Shown here: positions 1-9,482 of the stretch, piece after piece
Layout: the number at the start of each line of letters is the position of its first letter
Position numbering within the stretch: the first letter of the stretch is position 1
Assembly: GCA_963645945.1 (NCBI GenBank)
Contig: CAVIUA010000045.1
Coordinates: 1-51,693, forward strand
DNA: 51,693 nucleotides
Direction of reading: 5' to 3'
Source of the DNA: a bacterium
GTDB taxonomy: Bacteria > Bacillota_I > Bacilli_A > RF39 > UBA660
The notes under the pieces: generated by a model
What the model was told of the DNA's origin: nothing
Database searches by the model: none
What the model saw: only the letters and a program-made list of their open reading frames with translations
Position numbers and translations under genes: made by a program

Positions 1-4
1 CTTA

Positions 5-26
5 AATTATTTCCCGGGAAATAATT
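5..26. promoter_or_regulatory. Noc-binding-site (NBS) type palindrome, perfect
   Basis: 22-bp perfect palindrome AATTATTTCCCGGGAAATAATT. The core at 8-23, TATTTCCCGGGAAATA, contains the published B. subtilis NBS core ATTTCCCGGGAAAT without mismatch. The GC-rich centre stands out in an AT-rich spacer. Confidence 0.8.
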
Positions 27-191
27 CAGATGAATTATAAAGTAAATTTGCATATGATCAGAAAATTAAAATATATTAATATGGTATTACACTTATAAAT
101 TTTAAAGAACTAAATTTTAATTTTTTGCATTTTTAAACAACAATAATTCATTATTTAATATTAAACATTACTATTAAATTATAAATTTGCT

Positions 192-209
192 ATGTTTCAC
201 GTGAAACAT
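192..209. promoter_or_regulatory. parS (Spo0J/ParB loading site), perfect
   Basis: 18-bp perfect palindrome ATGTTTCACGTGAAACAT. The core at 193-208, TGTTTCACGTGAAACA, equals the Firmicute parS consensus TGTTNCACGTGAAACA. Confidence 0.85.
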
Positions 210-246
210 TAAATAATTAAATAAATGAAATAAATCCAGTTATCAA

Positions 247-268
247 AATCATTTCCTAGAAAATAATT
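247..268. promoter_or_regulatory. Degenerate NBS-like palindrome
   Basis: AATCATTTCCTAGAAAATAATT. The core at 250-265 matches TATTTCCCGGGAAATA at 12 of 16 positions and shares the AAT..ATTTCC / AAATAATT flanks of the perfect copies. It lies 37 nt after the parS at 192-209. Confidence 0.4.
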
Positions 269-371
269 TAAACAATTAGCAATAAAAAATACGTATCGTG
301 TAAAAACTAAAAGACATATAAATTAAGTGCAATTATTAATATAGTAAAAGCTAAATTAATAAATTGATATC

Positions 372-391
372 AATGTTTCACGTGAAACATT
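372..391. promoter_or_regulatory. parS (Spo0J/ParB loading site), perfect
   Basis: 20-bp perfect palindrome AATGTTTCACGTGAAACATT. The core at 374-389 is TGTTTCACGTGAAACA. Confidence 0.85.
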
Positions 392-428
392 ACGATTTTA
401 CTAAACAAATAGGTAAAAATACACATGT

Positions 429-452
429 AAATTATTTCCCGGGAAATAATTT
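429..452. promoter_or_regulatory. Noc-binding-site (NBS) type palindrome, perfect
   Basis: 24-bp perfect palindrome AAATTATTTCCCGGGAAATAATTT. The core at 433-448 is TATTTCCCGGGAAATA. It lies 37 nt after the parS at 372-391. Confidence 0.8.
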
Positions 453-551
453 ATCACTAAAACAAAAATAAATACTGATACATACATAGTAAAAAAAATA
501 TTAAAATAATAAAAATAAATTCTAAATTAATCAAAAAATATTCAAAAACTT

Positions 552-560
552 TTATCCACA
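552..560 (+). promoter_or_regulatory. Isolated perfect DnaA box
   Basis: TTATCCACA, an exact 9-mer consensus, lies in the spacer downstream of gyrA. Confidence 0.45.
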
Positions 561-590
561 AGTAAAATTATGTAAAATTTATCGATAAAA

Positions 591-621
591 GCGCAAAAAA
601 AGAAAGGCACAACGCCTTTCT
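591..621 (-). terminator. Rho-independent terminator of gyrA
   Basis: Hairpin AGAAAGGC-acaac-GCCTTTCT at 601-621. On the minus strand it is followed by a T-run (plus-strand A-run at 595-600). It starts 20 nt past the gyrA stop. Confidence 0.8.
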
Positions 622-640
622 TAAATTTTAATTTTATAAA

Positions 641-3064
641 TTAATTATCTTCTTCATCTTTTGTTACTAAAGCAACAGTAGAAACTAATTCGTTATTCTT
701 TAAATTAATAAGTCTTACACCTTGAGTAGCACGTCTTAAAAGAGAAACTTGATTCAATGGCATTTTCATAATAGTACCATTATCAGTCACAATAACAATA
801 TCATATTTTTCACTTTCAATACGTTTTAAAGCAACCATAGTACCATTCTTTTCAGTAATATTTAATGCTTTAACACCCTTACTACCTCTATGAGTTAATC
901 TATATTCATCAATAACAGTTCTTTTACCATATCCCTTATCAGTAACAATTAAAATTTCTTGTCCAGGATTAACAATTTCCGATCCAATAACATAACTTCC
1001 ATCTAAATCAATACCCTTTACACCAGAGCTGCTTCTACCCATAGGTCTTATTTCACTTTCAACAAAGCGAACCATTCTACCATTATTAGCTCCAATAGCA
1101 ACTTCATCATTTCCACAAGTCTTTCTTACAGAAATTAACTCATCATTTTCCTTTAATACAATAGCAATTTTACCAGATTTTCTAATATTATTAAATTCTG
1201 AAATATCAGTTCTCTTAACTATTCCATTCTTAGTAGCAAACACTAAATATTTAATATCATCAGACGAAGCAGAAATTTCCACAATCGAACTAATGTTCTC
1301 ATTTTTATCTAATTGTAGTAAATTTATTATTGGAAGACCCTTTGATTGCCTTGAAAATTCAGGAATTTCATAACCCTTCATACGATAAACTCTACCCTTA
1401 TTAGAGAAGAACAATATATAGTCATGAGTTTTCATAGAAATTAATTGTTCCACAAAATCTTCTTCATGAGTAGTCATACCATTAACACCTACACCACCAC
1501 GATTTTGAGTACGATAAGTATCAGATCTTAATCTTTTAATATAACCATTGCGAGTTAATGTAATAATTACATCTTCATTAGGTATCAAAGACTCATCCTC
1601 AATATATTCAATAGCAGTCATATCAATATTTGTACGACGCTCATCGCCATATTTTTCCTTAATTTCTAATAATTCATTCTTAATAACCTCTAAAACTCTA
1701 GAATCACTAGCTAAAATGCCACGTAACTCTTCAATTAATTTTAATAAGTCATTTAATTCATTTTCAATTTTTTCGCGTTCTAAACCAGTTAAACGACGTA
1801 ATTTCATTTCTAGAATAGCATTAGCTTGAATTTCACTTAACTTAAAATTATTCATCAAACCAGTTCTAGCTTCATCATCAGATTTAGCAGCCCTAATTAA
1901 TTTAATAACAGCATCAATATTATCAAGTGCTATCTTTAATCCTTCTAAAATATGAACACGTTTTTCAGCAACTTCTAAGTCATATTTAGTTCTTCTAATA
2001 ATTACTTCACGTTGAAAATCAATATATTTAACTATAATATCCTTTAAACCTAAAGTCTTTGGAACACCTTGATCCAGCATTAAGAAAATAATTCCATAAG
2101 TAGTTTGAAACGAAGTATGTTTATATAATTTATTTAAAACAACTTGGGCATTTGCATCTTTCTTTAAAGTTATTGTAATTTTGATACCATTCTTTAAATC
2201 AGAATGATAATCAGCAATACCTTCTATTGTTTTATTATGAACAAGTTCTGCAACCTTATTTTTTAATTCTAAAGTATTAACACCATAAGGAACTTCATCA
2301 ATTATTATACATTGCTTACCATTTACTTCTTCAATTGTAGCCTTACTTCTAATAGTAATAGTACCTCTACCAGTTTCATAAGCCTTTCTGATACCAGCAT
2401 TTCCCAAAATTGTTGCACCAGTAGGAAAATCAGGTCCTTTAATATATTGCATTAACTCATCAAGTTCAATATCATGATTATCAATATAAGCAACACAACC
2501 ATCAATTACCTCTCTTAAATTATGAGGTGGTATATTAGTAGCCATACCAACAGCAATACCAGTAGTACCATTAACTAAAATATTAGGAAAACGAGAAGGC
2601 AAAACATCAGGTTCTCTTTCACTTTCATCAAAGTTTGGACTAAAATTAACCGTATTTTTATTAATATTTCTAAGTAATTCCAAAGAAATCTTTGAAAGAC
2701 GAGACTCGGTATAACGCATTGCTGCTGCACCGTAACCCTCAATATTACCAAAGTTACCATGACCATCAACTAACATATATCTATATGAGAAGTCTTGAGC
2801 CATTCTTACCATTGCTTCATATATACTAGAATCACCATGTGGATGATATTTACCCATAACATCTCCAACAATTCTAGCACTCTTTTTATGAGGTTTATCA
2901 GGAGTATAGCCAGATTCATACATAGAATAAAGAATTCTTCTGTGTACTGGCTTTAAACCATCTCGTAAATCAGGAAGTGCACGAGCAACGATAACACTCA
3001 TAGAATACTCTAAAAAAGAATCTTGAACTTCTTTAACAATATTATTTTTTTCTAATCTATCCAT
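641..3064 (-). CDS. gyrA: DNA gyrase subunit A
   Basis: 807 aa. N-terminus [31 protein letters not shown] and the catalytic-Tyr region AAMRYTE are present. The C-terminal beta-pinwheel repeats are present. It lies immediately downstream of gyrB. Confidence 0.97.
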   Translation of the reverse strand: MDRLEKNNIVKEVQDSFLEYSMSVIVARALPDLRDGLKPVHRRILYSMYESGYTPDKPHKKSARIVGDVMGKYHPHGDSSIYEAMVRMAQDFSYRYMLVDGHGNFGNIEGYGAAAMRYTESRLSKISLELLRNINKNTVNFSPNFDESEREPDVLPSRFPNILVNGTTGIAVGMATNIPPHNLREVIDGCVAYIDNHDIELDELMQYIKGPDFPTGATILGNAGIRKAYETGRGTITIRSKATIEEVNGKQCIIIDEVPYGVNTLELKNKVAELVHNKTIEGIADYHSDLKNGIKITITLKKDANAQVVLNKLYKHTSFQTTYGIIFLMLDQGVPKTLGLKDIIVKYIDFQREVIIRRTKYDLEVAEKRVHILEGLKIALDNIDAVIKLIRAAKSDDEARTGLMNNFKLSEIQANAILEMKLRRLTGLEREKIENELNDLLKLIEELRGILASDSRVLEVIKNELLEIKEKYGDERRTNIDMTAIEYIEDESLIPNEDVIITLTRNGYIKRLRSDTYRTQNRGGVGVNGMTTHEEDFVEQLISMKTHDYILFFSNKGRVYRMKGYEIPEFSRQSKGLPIINLLQLDKNENISSIVEISASSDDIKYLVFATKNGIVKRTDISEFNNIRKSGKIAIVLKENDELISVRKTCGNDEVAIGANNGRMVRFVESEIRPMGRSSSGVKGIDLDGSYVIGSEIVNPGQEILIVTDKGYGKRTVIDEYRLTHRGSKGVKALNITEKNGTMVALKRIESEKYDIVIVTDNGTIMKMPLNQVSLLRRATQGVRLINLKNNELVSTVALVTKDEEDN

Positions 3065-3076
3065 ATCTAAACCCTC

Positions 3077-5005
3077 CTACACATCCAAATTTTCCACATA
3101 AGTAGCATTTGTTTCAATGAATTCTCTTCTTGGTCCTACTTCTTCACCCATAAGTTTAGAGAAAACTTCATCTGCTGCAATAGTATCATCAACAGTTATT
3201 TGTCTTAGAATTCTTTTATGTATATCCATTGTAGTTTCATTTAATTCTTCAGCATCCATTTCTCCTAAACCTTTCATACGCATAATATCATACTTTGTAT
3301 TAGGAGATAATGTAGCTAAATACTCATCTCTTTCTTGTTCATTTAATACATATTTAATAGTTTTTCCATGTTTTATAACAAATAATGGTGGCTGAGCTGC
3401 ATAAACATGACCAGCTTCTACAATAGGTCTAAAGAATCTATAGAATAAAGTTAATAATAAAACTCTAATATGACTTCCATCAACATCAGCATCGGTCATG
3501 ATAATTATTTTATGATAACGTAATTTACTTAAATCAAATTCATCACCAATACCAGTACCAAATGCTGTAATAATAGTTCTTATTTCTTCATTTGATAAAG
3601 CTCTATCAATTCTAGCCTTTTCAACATTCAAAATCTTACCACGTAAAGGTAAAATAGCTTGAGTCATACTATCTCTACCCTTTATAGCTGATCCACCTGC
3701 AGAATCTCCCTCGACTAAGAATATTTCACTTATACTAGCATCTTTGCTCTTACAATCAGAAAGTTTGCCATAGAAATTAGTTACATCTAAGTCACCTTTT
3801 CTTCTAGTTAACTCCCTAGCCTTTTTAGCCGCAACACGAGCTCTACTAGCAGTCATAGATTTATCAATAATTACCTTAGCCTGATCAGGATTTTCCATCA
3901 AAAATCTCTCAAAAGACTCTGCAAAAATTTTATCCACAACCCCACGAACTTCGCTATTTCCTAGTTTCGTCTTAGTTTGTCCCTCAAATTGAGGATCTGG
4001 ATGTTTAACAGAAACTATCATAGTTATACCTTCTCTAACATCATCACCAGTTAAAGGATCATCATTTTGTTTTAACATTCCTGCAGATACTGCATATTTA
4101 TTTAAAACTCTTGTTAAAGCTCTTCTAGCTCCATCTTCATGAGTACCACCTTCAGGAGTAGTAATATTATTAACAAATGAATAAATACATGAATTATAAG
4201 TTTCATTATATTGTAAAGCTATTTCAACACTTATATCCTTATCTTTTCCAGATACATCAACAATAGTTTCATGAATAGGATTTTTATTAGCATTAATCAT
4301 AGCAACATATTCACTTATACCACCTTCATAGCAAAATGAATCTTTTTTATCTGCTTCTCTTTCATCATATAAAGATATTCTAAGACCTTTATTTAAAAAG
4401 GCTAATTCTCTTAATCTTTTCATTAAAATATCATAGTCATAAACTGTAGTTTCAGTAAAAATTTCATCATCTGGTAAAAAATGAACTGTAGTACCTGTTC
4501 TATCATCATCACATTTATCAATTATCTTTAAACTATCATCAGGATGTCCACCATGACTAAATCTTTGATAATAAACATTTCCATTTTTATATACTTTTAC
4601 TTCTAGCCAGTCACTTAAAGCATTAACAACACTAGCACCAACACCGTGAAGACCACCAGATACTTTATAGCCTCCACCACCAAATTTACCTCCAGCATGC
4701 AAAACTGTATAAACTGTTTCAACAGTACTTTTACCAGTCTTTGGATGGATATCAACAGGAATACCCCTACCATCATCTTTTACTGTAATACTATTATCCT
4801 TACCAATAATTACTTCAATATGTGAACAATAGCCAGCTAATGCTTCATCTATAGCATTATCAACAATTTCCCATACCAAATGATGTAATCCTCTAGAACT
4901 AGTATTTCCAATATACATTCCAGGTCGTTTTCTAACGGCCTCTAAACCTTCAAGAACCTGAATTGAAGACGAATCATATGATCCTTTAACTTTTTCTTCA
5001 TTCAT
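3077..5005 (-). CDS. gyrB: DNA gyrase subunit B
   Basis: 642 aa. GHKL ATPase motifs ([22 protein letters not shown]) and Toprim motifs ([26 protein letters not shown]) are present. Confidence 0.97.
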   Translation of the reverse strand: MNEEKVKGSYDSSSIQVLEGLEAVRKRPGMYIGNTSSRGLHHLVWEIVDNAIDEALAGYCSHIEVIIGKDNSITVKDDGRGIPVDIHPKTGKSTVETVYTVLHAGGKFGGGGYKVSGGLHGVGASVVNALSDWLEVKVYKNGNVYYQRFSHGGHPDDSLKIIDKCDDDRTGTTVHFLPDDEIFTETTVYDYDILMKRLRELAFLNKGLRISLYDEREADKKDSFCYEGGISEYVAMINANKNPIHETIVDVSGKDKDISVEIALQYNETYNSCIYSFVNNITTPEGGTHEDGARRALTRVLNKYAVSAGMLKQNDDPLTGDDVREGITMIVSVKHPDPQFEGQTKTKLGNSEVRGVVDKIFAESFERFLMENPDQAKVIIDKSMTASRARVAAKKARELTRRKGDLDVTNFYGKLSDCKSKDASISEIFLVEGDSAGGSAIKGRDSMTQAILPLRGKILNVEKARIDRALSNEEIRTIITAFGTGIGDEFDLSKLRYHKIIIMTDADVDGSHIRVLLLTLFYRFFRPIVEAGHVYAAQPPLFVIKHGKTIKYVLNEQERDEYLATLSPNTKYDIMRMKGLGEMDAEELNETTMDIHKRILRQITVDDTIAADEVFSKLMGEEVGPRREFIETNATYVENLDV

Positions 5006-5013
5006 TAAATAAT

Positions 5014-6126
5014 CTACTTCCTTTCCACATTCCCATTAGAAACTTTATATATATAAGCATTTTCTAAATATTTTTTATTTATACCATTTAAATTAGTAGT
5101 TGTTAAAATACTTTGAATTTCCTTACTATTAATCAATTTCAACAACCTATTTTGTTTTTTTAAATCAAACTCACTAAATATATCATCTAATAAAACTACA
5201 GGATAAAATCCAGTTAGGTTCTTAAATATATCAATTTCTGATAATTTAAAAGATAATATTGCTAATTTTTGTTGCCCTTGTGATCCATAATATTTTAAAT
5301 CATTTCCATTAAATTGAAAGATAAAATCATCTCTATGTGGACCAAAAATAGTCATACCATAATTCAATTCCTTCATATAATTTTTTTCAAATGTTGCTTC
5401 CAATTTTTCATTCATAGATAAAGAATCATAACTACTAAATTCAACATTAGGTAAATAAATGATTTTTAATCCAGATGTATTAGAAATTTCCCTGAAATAG
5501 TTATCAATATTATCATTGATTAAATCTATATATTCTTTTCGTTTTTGATAAATAATTATAGCTTTTTTTATTAAACGTTCAGTAATTACATCTAAATATT
5601 TTTTATCAGCTATACTATTGCTAAAAAGAATTTTTAAATATTCATTACGTGTTTTCAAAATTTTATTGTACTCATTATAAGTATTTAAATAAACTTTAGA
5701 AATTTGAGATAACTGAATATTTAATAAATTTCTTCTGATACTTGGTGAATCTTTAATTATATCTAAATCATCAGGAGTAAAAACAATAACATTTAAATTA
5801 GATATATAATCTGCTATTTTTTTAACATCTGTCTTATTAACACTAATTTTTTTACTATCATTTGTTATTACAACCTCTAATTTAGAAGTAATAATATCTT
5901 TTTTTATTGTTCCTTTAATTGTACACTTACTTTTATTAAATTGAATTATATTAGGATTTGCACCTATTCTATGAGATTTAGTAAGTGCCAAAAACACTAT
6001 AGATTCCAATATATTTGTTTTACCTTGAGCATTATCACCGATAAAAATATTCATTTTTTTATTAAAATGAATTTCAACATTGGAATAATTTCTGAAATTA
6101 ACCAAGTTTATTTTAGTTATTTTCAT
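5014..6126 (-). CDS. recF: DNA replication and repair protein RecF
   Basis: 370 aa. It has the N-terminal Walker [13 protein letters not shown] and an SMC-like signature ([15 protein letters not shown]) followed by [10 protein letters not shown]. It sits in the conserved position upstream of gyrB. Confidence 0.93.
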   Translation of the reverse strand: MKITKINLVNFRNYSNVEIHFNKKMNIFIGDNAQGKTNILESIVFLALTKSHRIGANPNIIQFNKSKCTIKGTIKKDIITSKLEVVITNDSKKISVNKTDVKKIADYISNLNVIVFTPDDLDIIKDSPSIRRNLLNIQLSQISKVYLNTYNEYNKILKTRNEYLKILFSNSIADKKYLDVITERLIKKAIIIYQKRKEYIDLINDNIDNYFREISNTSGLKIIYLPNVEFSSYDSLSMNEKLEATFEKNYMKELNYGMTIFGPHRDDFIFQFNGNDLKYYGSQGQQKLAILSFKLSEIDIFKNLTGFYPVVLLDDIFSEFDLKKQNRLLKLINSKEIQSILTTTNLNGINKKYLENAYIYKVSNGNVERK

Positions 6127-6251
6127 TTAAATCCGCAAAAAAGACACATATTCTCACCTAACCCTTATTTCAGTATTCCTATACACACAAACATATTATA
6201 CCATAAGACGCCAAATAAAGCACGAAAAAAATAGTTATAATCAACTATTTT

Positions 6252-6698
6252 TTATTTATTTTTTCGATTTCTCATAATTAAATCTAAGCGAGAGGCTCTA
6301 GATATCTGATTTTCAATTGTTCTATACGAACATGGAACAATTATTTCTTTAAAATTATCAAATACTATCTTTGTATTAGTATTATCTACTTTTTCAAAAC
6401 TCTTAACTCTACTTAAAGATATCCAAGCACAGTCTTGTGCTGAAGGTGAAGTTGTTGGAAAAACAACTATATTATTAGTATCTTCAACAATAATAGGAAC
6501 TTTATACTCCGCTCCTAAAATAGATCTAGCACTATCCTTTCTACCATTATAGGTACTACCAAAATACTTACAAGACTCTTCCATTATTTTAAATGGTGTT
6601 TCATCAATGATATACCTATCATCATCTTCATAAACTAAACTACTTTCTTCTTCATTTGGAACAACAGCTAATGTTCCTTTACTAAATTCATATTTCAT
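6252..6698 (-). CDS. comK: ComK-family competence transcription factor-like protein
   Basis: 148 aa counted from the internal ATG at 6698 with RBS GGGGG 7 nt upstream; the TTG-extended track ORF was rejected. Strong ComK-like blocks: YEFSKGTLAVVP, SCKYFGSTYNGRK, KVPIIVEDTNNIVVFPTTSP..C.WIS, SYRTIENQ. Confidence 0.8.
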   Translation of the reverse strand: MKYEFSKGTLAVVPNEEESSLVYEDDDRYIIDETPFKIMEESCKYFGSTYNGRKDSARSILGAEYKVPIIVEDTNNIVVFPTTSPSAQDCAWISLSRVKSFEKVDNTNTKIVFDNFKEIIVPCSYRTIENQISRASRLDLIMRNRKNK

Positions 6699-6760
6699 CT
6701 TATTTCCCCCTATAGAAAACGAAATTTGTTCGTTTTCATTCAAAATATAACAAATTTTTT

Positions 6761-6777
6761 TGTCGAATTTTATCGAA
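6761..6777 (+). promoter_or_regulatory. Tandem Spo0A-box-like direct repeat upstream of comK
   Basis: TGTCGAAtttTATCGAA. The first unit is a perfect 0A box (TGTCGAA) and the second has one mismatch, with a 10-bp period. It lies 63-79 nt upstream of the comK ATG and overlaps the -35 area of a minus-strand TGTTATATT extended -10 (plus-strand 6744-6752). Confidence 0.45.
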
Positions 6778-6855
6778 ATTTGTAGAACAAACAAAAAAAA
6801 TAGAAGAATTATATCTTCTATTTATATTATTAGCAATAAAATAAAATATCCTAGA

Positions 6856-7983
6856 CTAATATGTACGAATTGGTAAAACCAATTGAGTAAGACTAGTATC
6901 TTCTGAAGATTTAATTAAAATTGGCTTAATTTCACCAACAAAATGAATATCAACAGTTTCTGTGGAAAAACTTCTTAAAGCTTCCATCATATATTTAGCG
7001 CTAAATGAAATCTTAATATTTTCATCATTATTCTTAGTAATTGGCATTTTTTCTTCAACTCTACCAATTTCTGCAGAACTACTTCTCAAAATCAAATACT
7101 CATCAGTAGTTTCTAAAGTAACTATATTCTTCTCTTTATCACTTGTTAATATACTAACACGGTCAATAACATCATAAAAATCATTAAGTTTAGTACTAAT
7201 AACTAATAATGAATCATCTGGTAACAAATTAGCTGTATTAGGATAAGTACCAGAAATTAATCTAGATTCAAATTTCAAATTATTATTTTTAAATAAAATC
7301 TTATTATTAAAGATATGTAATTCAACAATATCATCATCATCACTTAATATTTTACTGAATTCAACAAGATTTTTACTAGGAATAACAATATTATAATTTT
7401 CTTCACTTTCTCTATCTAATTTAACAATTTTTCTAGCTAATCTATAAGAATCGGTAGAATTACATTCTAATACATCCCCTACTATATTAAAATTAATTCC
7501 TGTTAATACTAACTTACCTTCCTCATTTGAAGATGCAAAAGCAGTTTGATTAACAATACTCTTAAATACACCAGCATTAATACTAATTTTCTTTTTACTT
7601 TCTTCTAAACCAATATTAGGGTATTCACTTTCACTAATACCATTTAAATTGAATTCACTGTTTTCTGTGTAAATTAATATTTTTAATTCATCTACAACTT
7701 CAATATTAATATATTTATCAGGTAATTTTCTAACAATATCAAGAATATACTTACCTTGAATAATAATACTACCTTCATTTTCAATTTTAAAATCATCTTC
7801 ATTTACACTTTCTATACTATTTTGAATAGTAATATCATTATCACTAGCAGTTAAAATCAATTTTTTCTTTTTTAATTCAAATTTAATTCCTGCTAAAACT
7901 GGAATTAAGTTTTTTGTAGAAATAGCCTTAGAAACTTTATTTAAAGCATCTAACAATAAATCCTTTTTAATTGTAAATTTCAT
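6856..7983 (-). CDS. dnaN: DNA polymerase III beta sliding clamp
   Basis: 375 aa. It shows the typical start MKFTI.KD.L...L..V...I, three-domain length, and the C-terminal LVLPIRTY. It lies directly downstream of dnaA. Confidence 0.95.
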   Translation of the reverse strand: MKFTIKKDLLLDALNKVSKAISTKNLIPVLAGIKFELKKKKLILTASDNDITIQNSIESVNEDDFKIENEGSIIIQGKYILDIVRKLPDKYINIEVVDELKILIYTENSEFNLNGISESEYPNIGLEESKKKISINAGVFKSIVNQTAFASSNEEGKLVLTGINFNIVGDVLECNSTDSYRLARKIVKLDRESEENYNIVIPSKNLVEFSKILSDDDDIVELHIFNNKILFKNNNLKFESRLISGTYPNTANLLPDDSLLVISTKLNDFYDVIDRVSILTSDKEKNIVTLETTDEYLILRSSSAEIGRVEEKMPITKNNDENIKISFSAKYMMEALRSFSTETVDIHFVGEIKPILIKSSEDTSLTQLVLPIRTY

Positions 7984-8114
7984 ATATATTCCTTCTTTCT
8001 TTTATATTATTTATATTATTAATGTGGAAAAAGTTGAAAACTCAAATTTAACTAATATTTATTGTCTTTTTTATAAACATTTATTTGTGGATAAAATTAA
8101 ATTAAATCGAAGTT
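7984..8114. other. oriC part 2: dnaA-dnaN spacer with DnaA boxes and an AT-rich unwinding candidate
   Basis: TGTGGATAA at 8086-8094 is the perfect reverse complement of TTATCCACA. TGTGGAAAA at 8023-8031 matches 8 of 9. A pure A/T tract TTTATATTATTTATATTATTAA lies at 8001-8022. Confidence 0.7.
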
Positions 8115-9482
8115 TTACACAACACCTATATCCTTTTTCAATTTTTCTATTATATTTGCCAGGTCTTTATTGATTTTTATTTCGTTTTCTATTTTTTCCA
8201 CGGAATGCATAACTGTCGAATGATCTTTTCCCCCAAATTCTGTTCCTATCTTAGGAAAAGACTCACTTGTCATATTCCTACAGAGGTACATAGCAATTTG
8301 CCTTGGAAAAGATATATTTGAACTCCTCTTTTTACTTCTAATATCTTCAACAGAAATCTGAAAATATTCAGAAACTATTTTTTGAATTCTTTGAATGTCA
8401 TTCTTTTCACTCATTCCTTTACTAATAAAGTCTTTTAAAGCTTCAATAGCTAAATCTAAAGTAATTTCAACGCCACCCATTATTGTAGAATAAGCAACAA
8501 TTCTAGTTATGGAACCTTCCAATTGTCTCACGTCTGTACCAATATTTGATGCTATATATTCAATAACTTCTTCAGAAATTTCTTTTTCAAAGTTACCAGC
8601 AATTATTTTTTTCTTTAAAATTTGCATTCGTAAAGAAAAGTCAGGTGGAAAAATATTAACTGTTAATCCCCAACAAAATCTTGTCCTTAACCTATCTTCC
8701 AACAATTTTAAGTCATCTGGAGAACGATCTGAAGAAATTATTATTTGTTTACTATCATTATATAATGAATTAAAAGTATGGAAAAATTCTTGTTGTGTCT
8801 TAGTAGCACCGCCTAAAAATTGAATATCATCAATTATAAGAACATCAATATTCCTATATTTATTCTTAAAAAAATCTACATAATTAAAATTAGTTCCTGA
8901 ATCATCCTTCTTATTTAATTTGATAAAGTCCTGTGTAAATTGATCAGAAGTAACATATAAAACCTTTTTGTTACTATTTTCTAATATATAATTACCAATA
9001 GCATGCATCAAATGAGTTTTACCTAGTCCACTATTTCCATATATAAATAATGGATTGTACATTTTACCAGGATTTTCAGCAACTGACAATGCCGCAGCAT
9101 GTGCAAACTTGTTACTATTCCCTACTATAAAGTTTTCAAAAGTATATTTAGCATTAAGATTTGAATGTACTTTATTATTAGGTATACCCTCTAATACCTC
9201 TTCTATTTCAATCTTTTTAGGTAGTACCTCTTCTATTTCTTCTTTTAAAATTAATATTAATTCAAAATTAGTACCTGTAATATCATTTAAAGTTTTTGTA
9301 ATTAAATCAGCATAATTATCCATCAAATGCTTCTTATGTATTGGCATTGGAACAATTATATATGCTTTACCGTTTTCTAATCTATGTAACTGCGTATCAG
9401 CAAACCAAGTGGTAAAAGATAAAGAAGTTAGTTCATCTTTTATTTGACCTAAGAACTTGGTCCATAAAATATCGACATTCAT
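8115..9482 (-). CDS. dnaA: Chromosomal replication initiator DnaA
   Basis: 455 aa from the ATG at 9482 (MNVDILWTKFL..., RBS GGGGAGATGG). AAA+ Walker A GNSGLGKTHL is present, as are LIIDDIQFL and the C-terminal DNA-binding block FGGKDHSTVMH. The 68 extra N-terminal codons in the track ORF run through the DnaA-box cluster and were rejected. Confidence 0.95.
   Translation of the reverse strand: MNVDILWTKFLGQIKDELTSLSFTTWFADTQLHRLENGKAYIIVPMPIHKKHLMDNYADLITKTLNDITGTNFELILILKEEIEEVLPKKIEIEEVLEGIPNNKVHSNLNAKYTFENFIVGNSNKFAHAAALSVAENPGKMYNPLFIYGNSGLGKTHLMHAIGNYILENSNKKVLYVTSDQFTQDFIKLNKKDDSGTNFNYVDFFKNKYRNIDVLIIDDIQFLGGATKTQQEFFHTFNSLYNDSKQIIISSDRSPDDLKLLEDRLRTRFCWGLTVNIFPPDFSLRMQILKKKIIAGNFEKEISEEVIEYIASNIGTDVRQLEGSITRIVAYSTIMGGVEITLDLAIEALKDFISKGMSEKNDIQRIQKIVSEYFQISVEDIRSKKRSSNISFPRQIAMYLCRNMTSESFPKIGTEFGGKDHSTVMHSVEKIENEIKINKDLANIIEKLKKDIGVV

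Noticed and set aside
30-98. A 22-codon ORF (MNYKVNLHMIRKLKYINMVLHL) and other tiny ORFs in the 1-640 spacer.
   Set aside because: They have no RBS and AT-driven codon content, and nothing supports them. The spacer is better explained as non-coding DNA carrying the parS/NBS sites.
1548-1829. Antisense or overlapping short ORFs in the supplied track. Examples: 1548-1829, 2575-2769, 3117-3395, 5941-6234, 6962-7177, 8509-8823, 9055-9315, 10695-10886, 12698-13287, 13321-14357, 17856-18128, 18949-19452, 19705-20257, 42173-42505, 44725-44994.
   Set aside because: Each lies inside, and antisense to or out of frame with, a long ORF that has unmistakable family motifs. The translations are low-complexity (L/F/I/S-rich), as expected from the reverse strand of AT-rich genes. 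None has a convincing RBS.
8214-8220. Isolated perfect TGTCGAA (0A-box) hits inside dnaA (8214-8220) and, as a reverse complement, inside dnaB (27757-27763).
   Set aside because: They are single 7-mers within coding sequence. A few such hits are expected by chance at this base composition, and there is no tandem partner at 10 bp.
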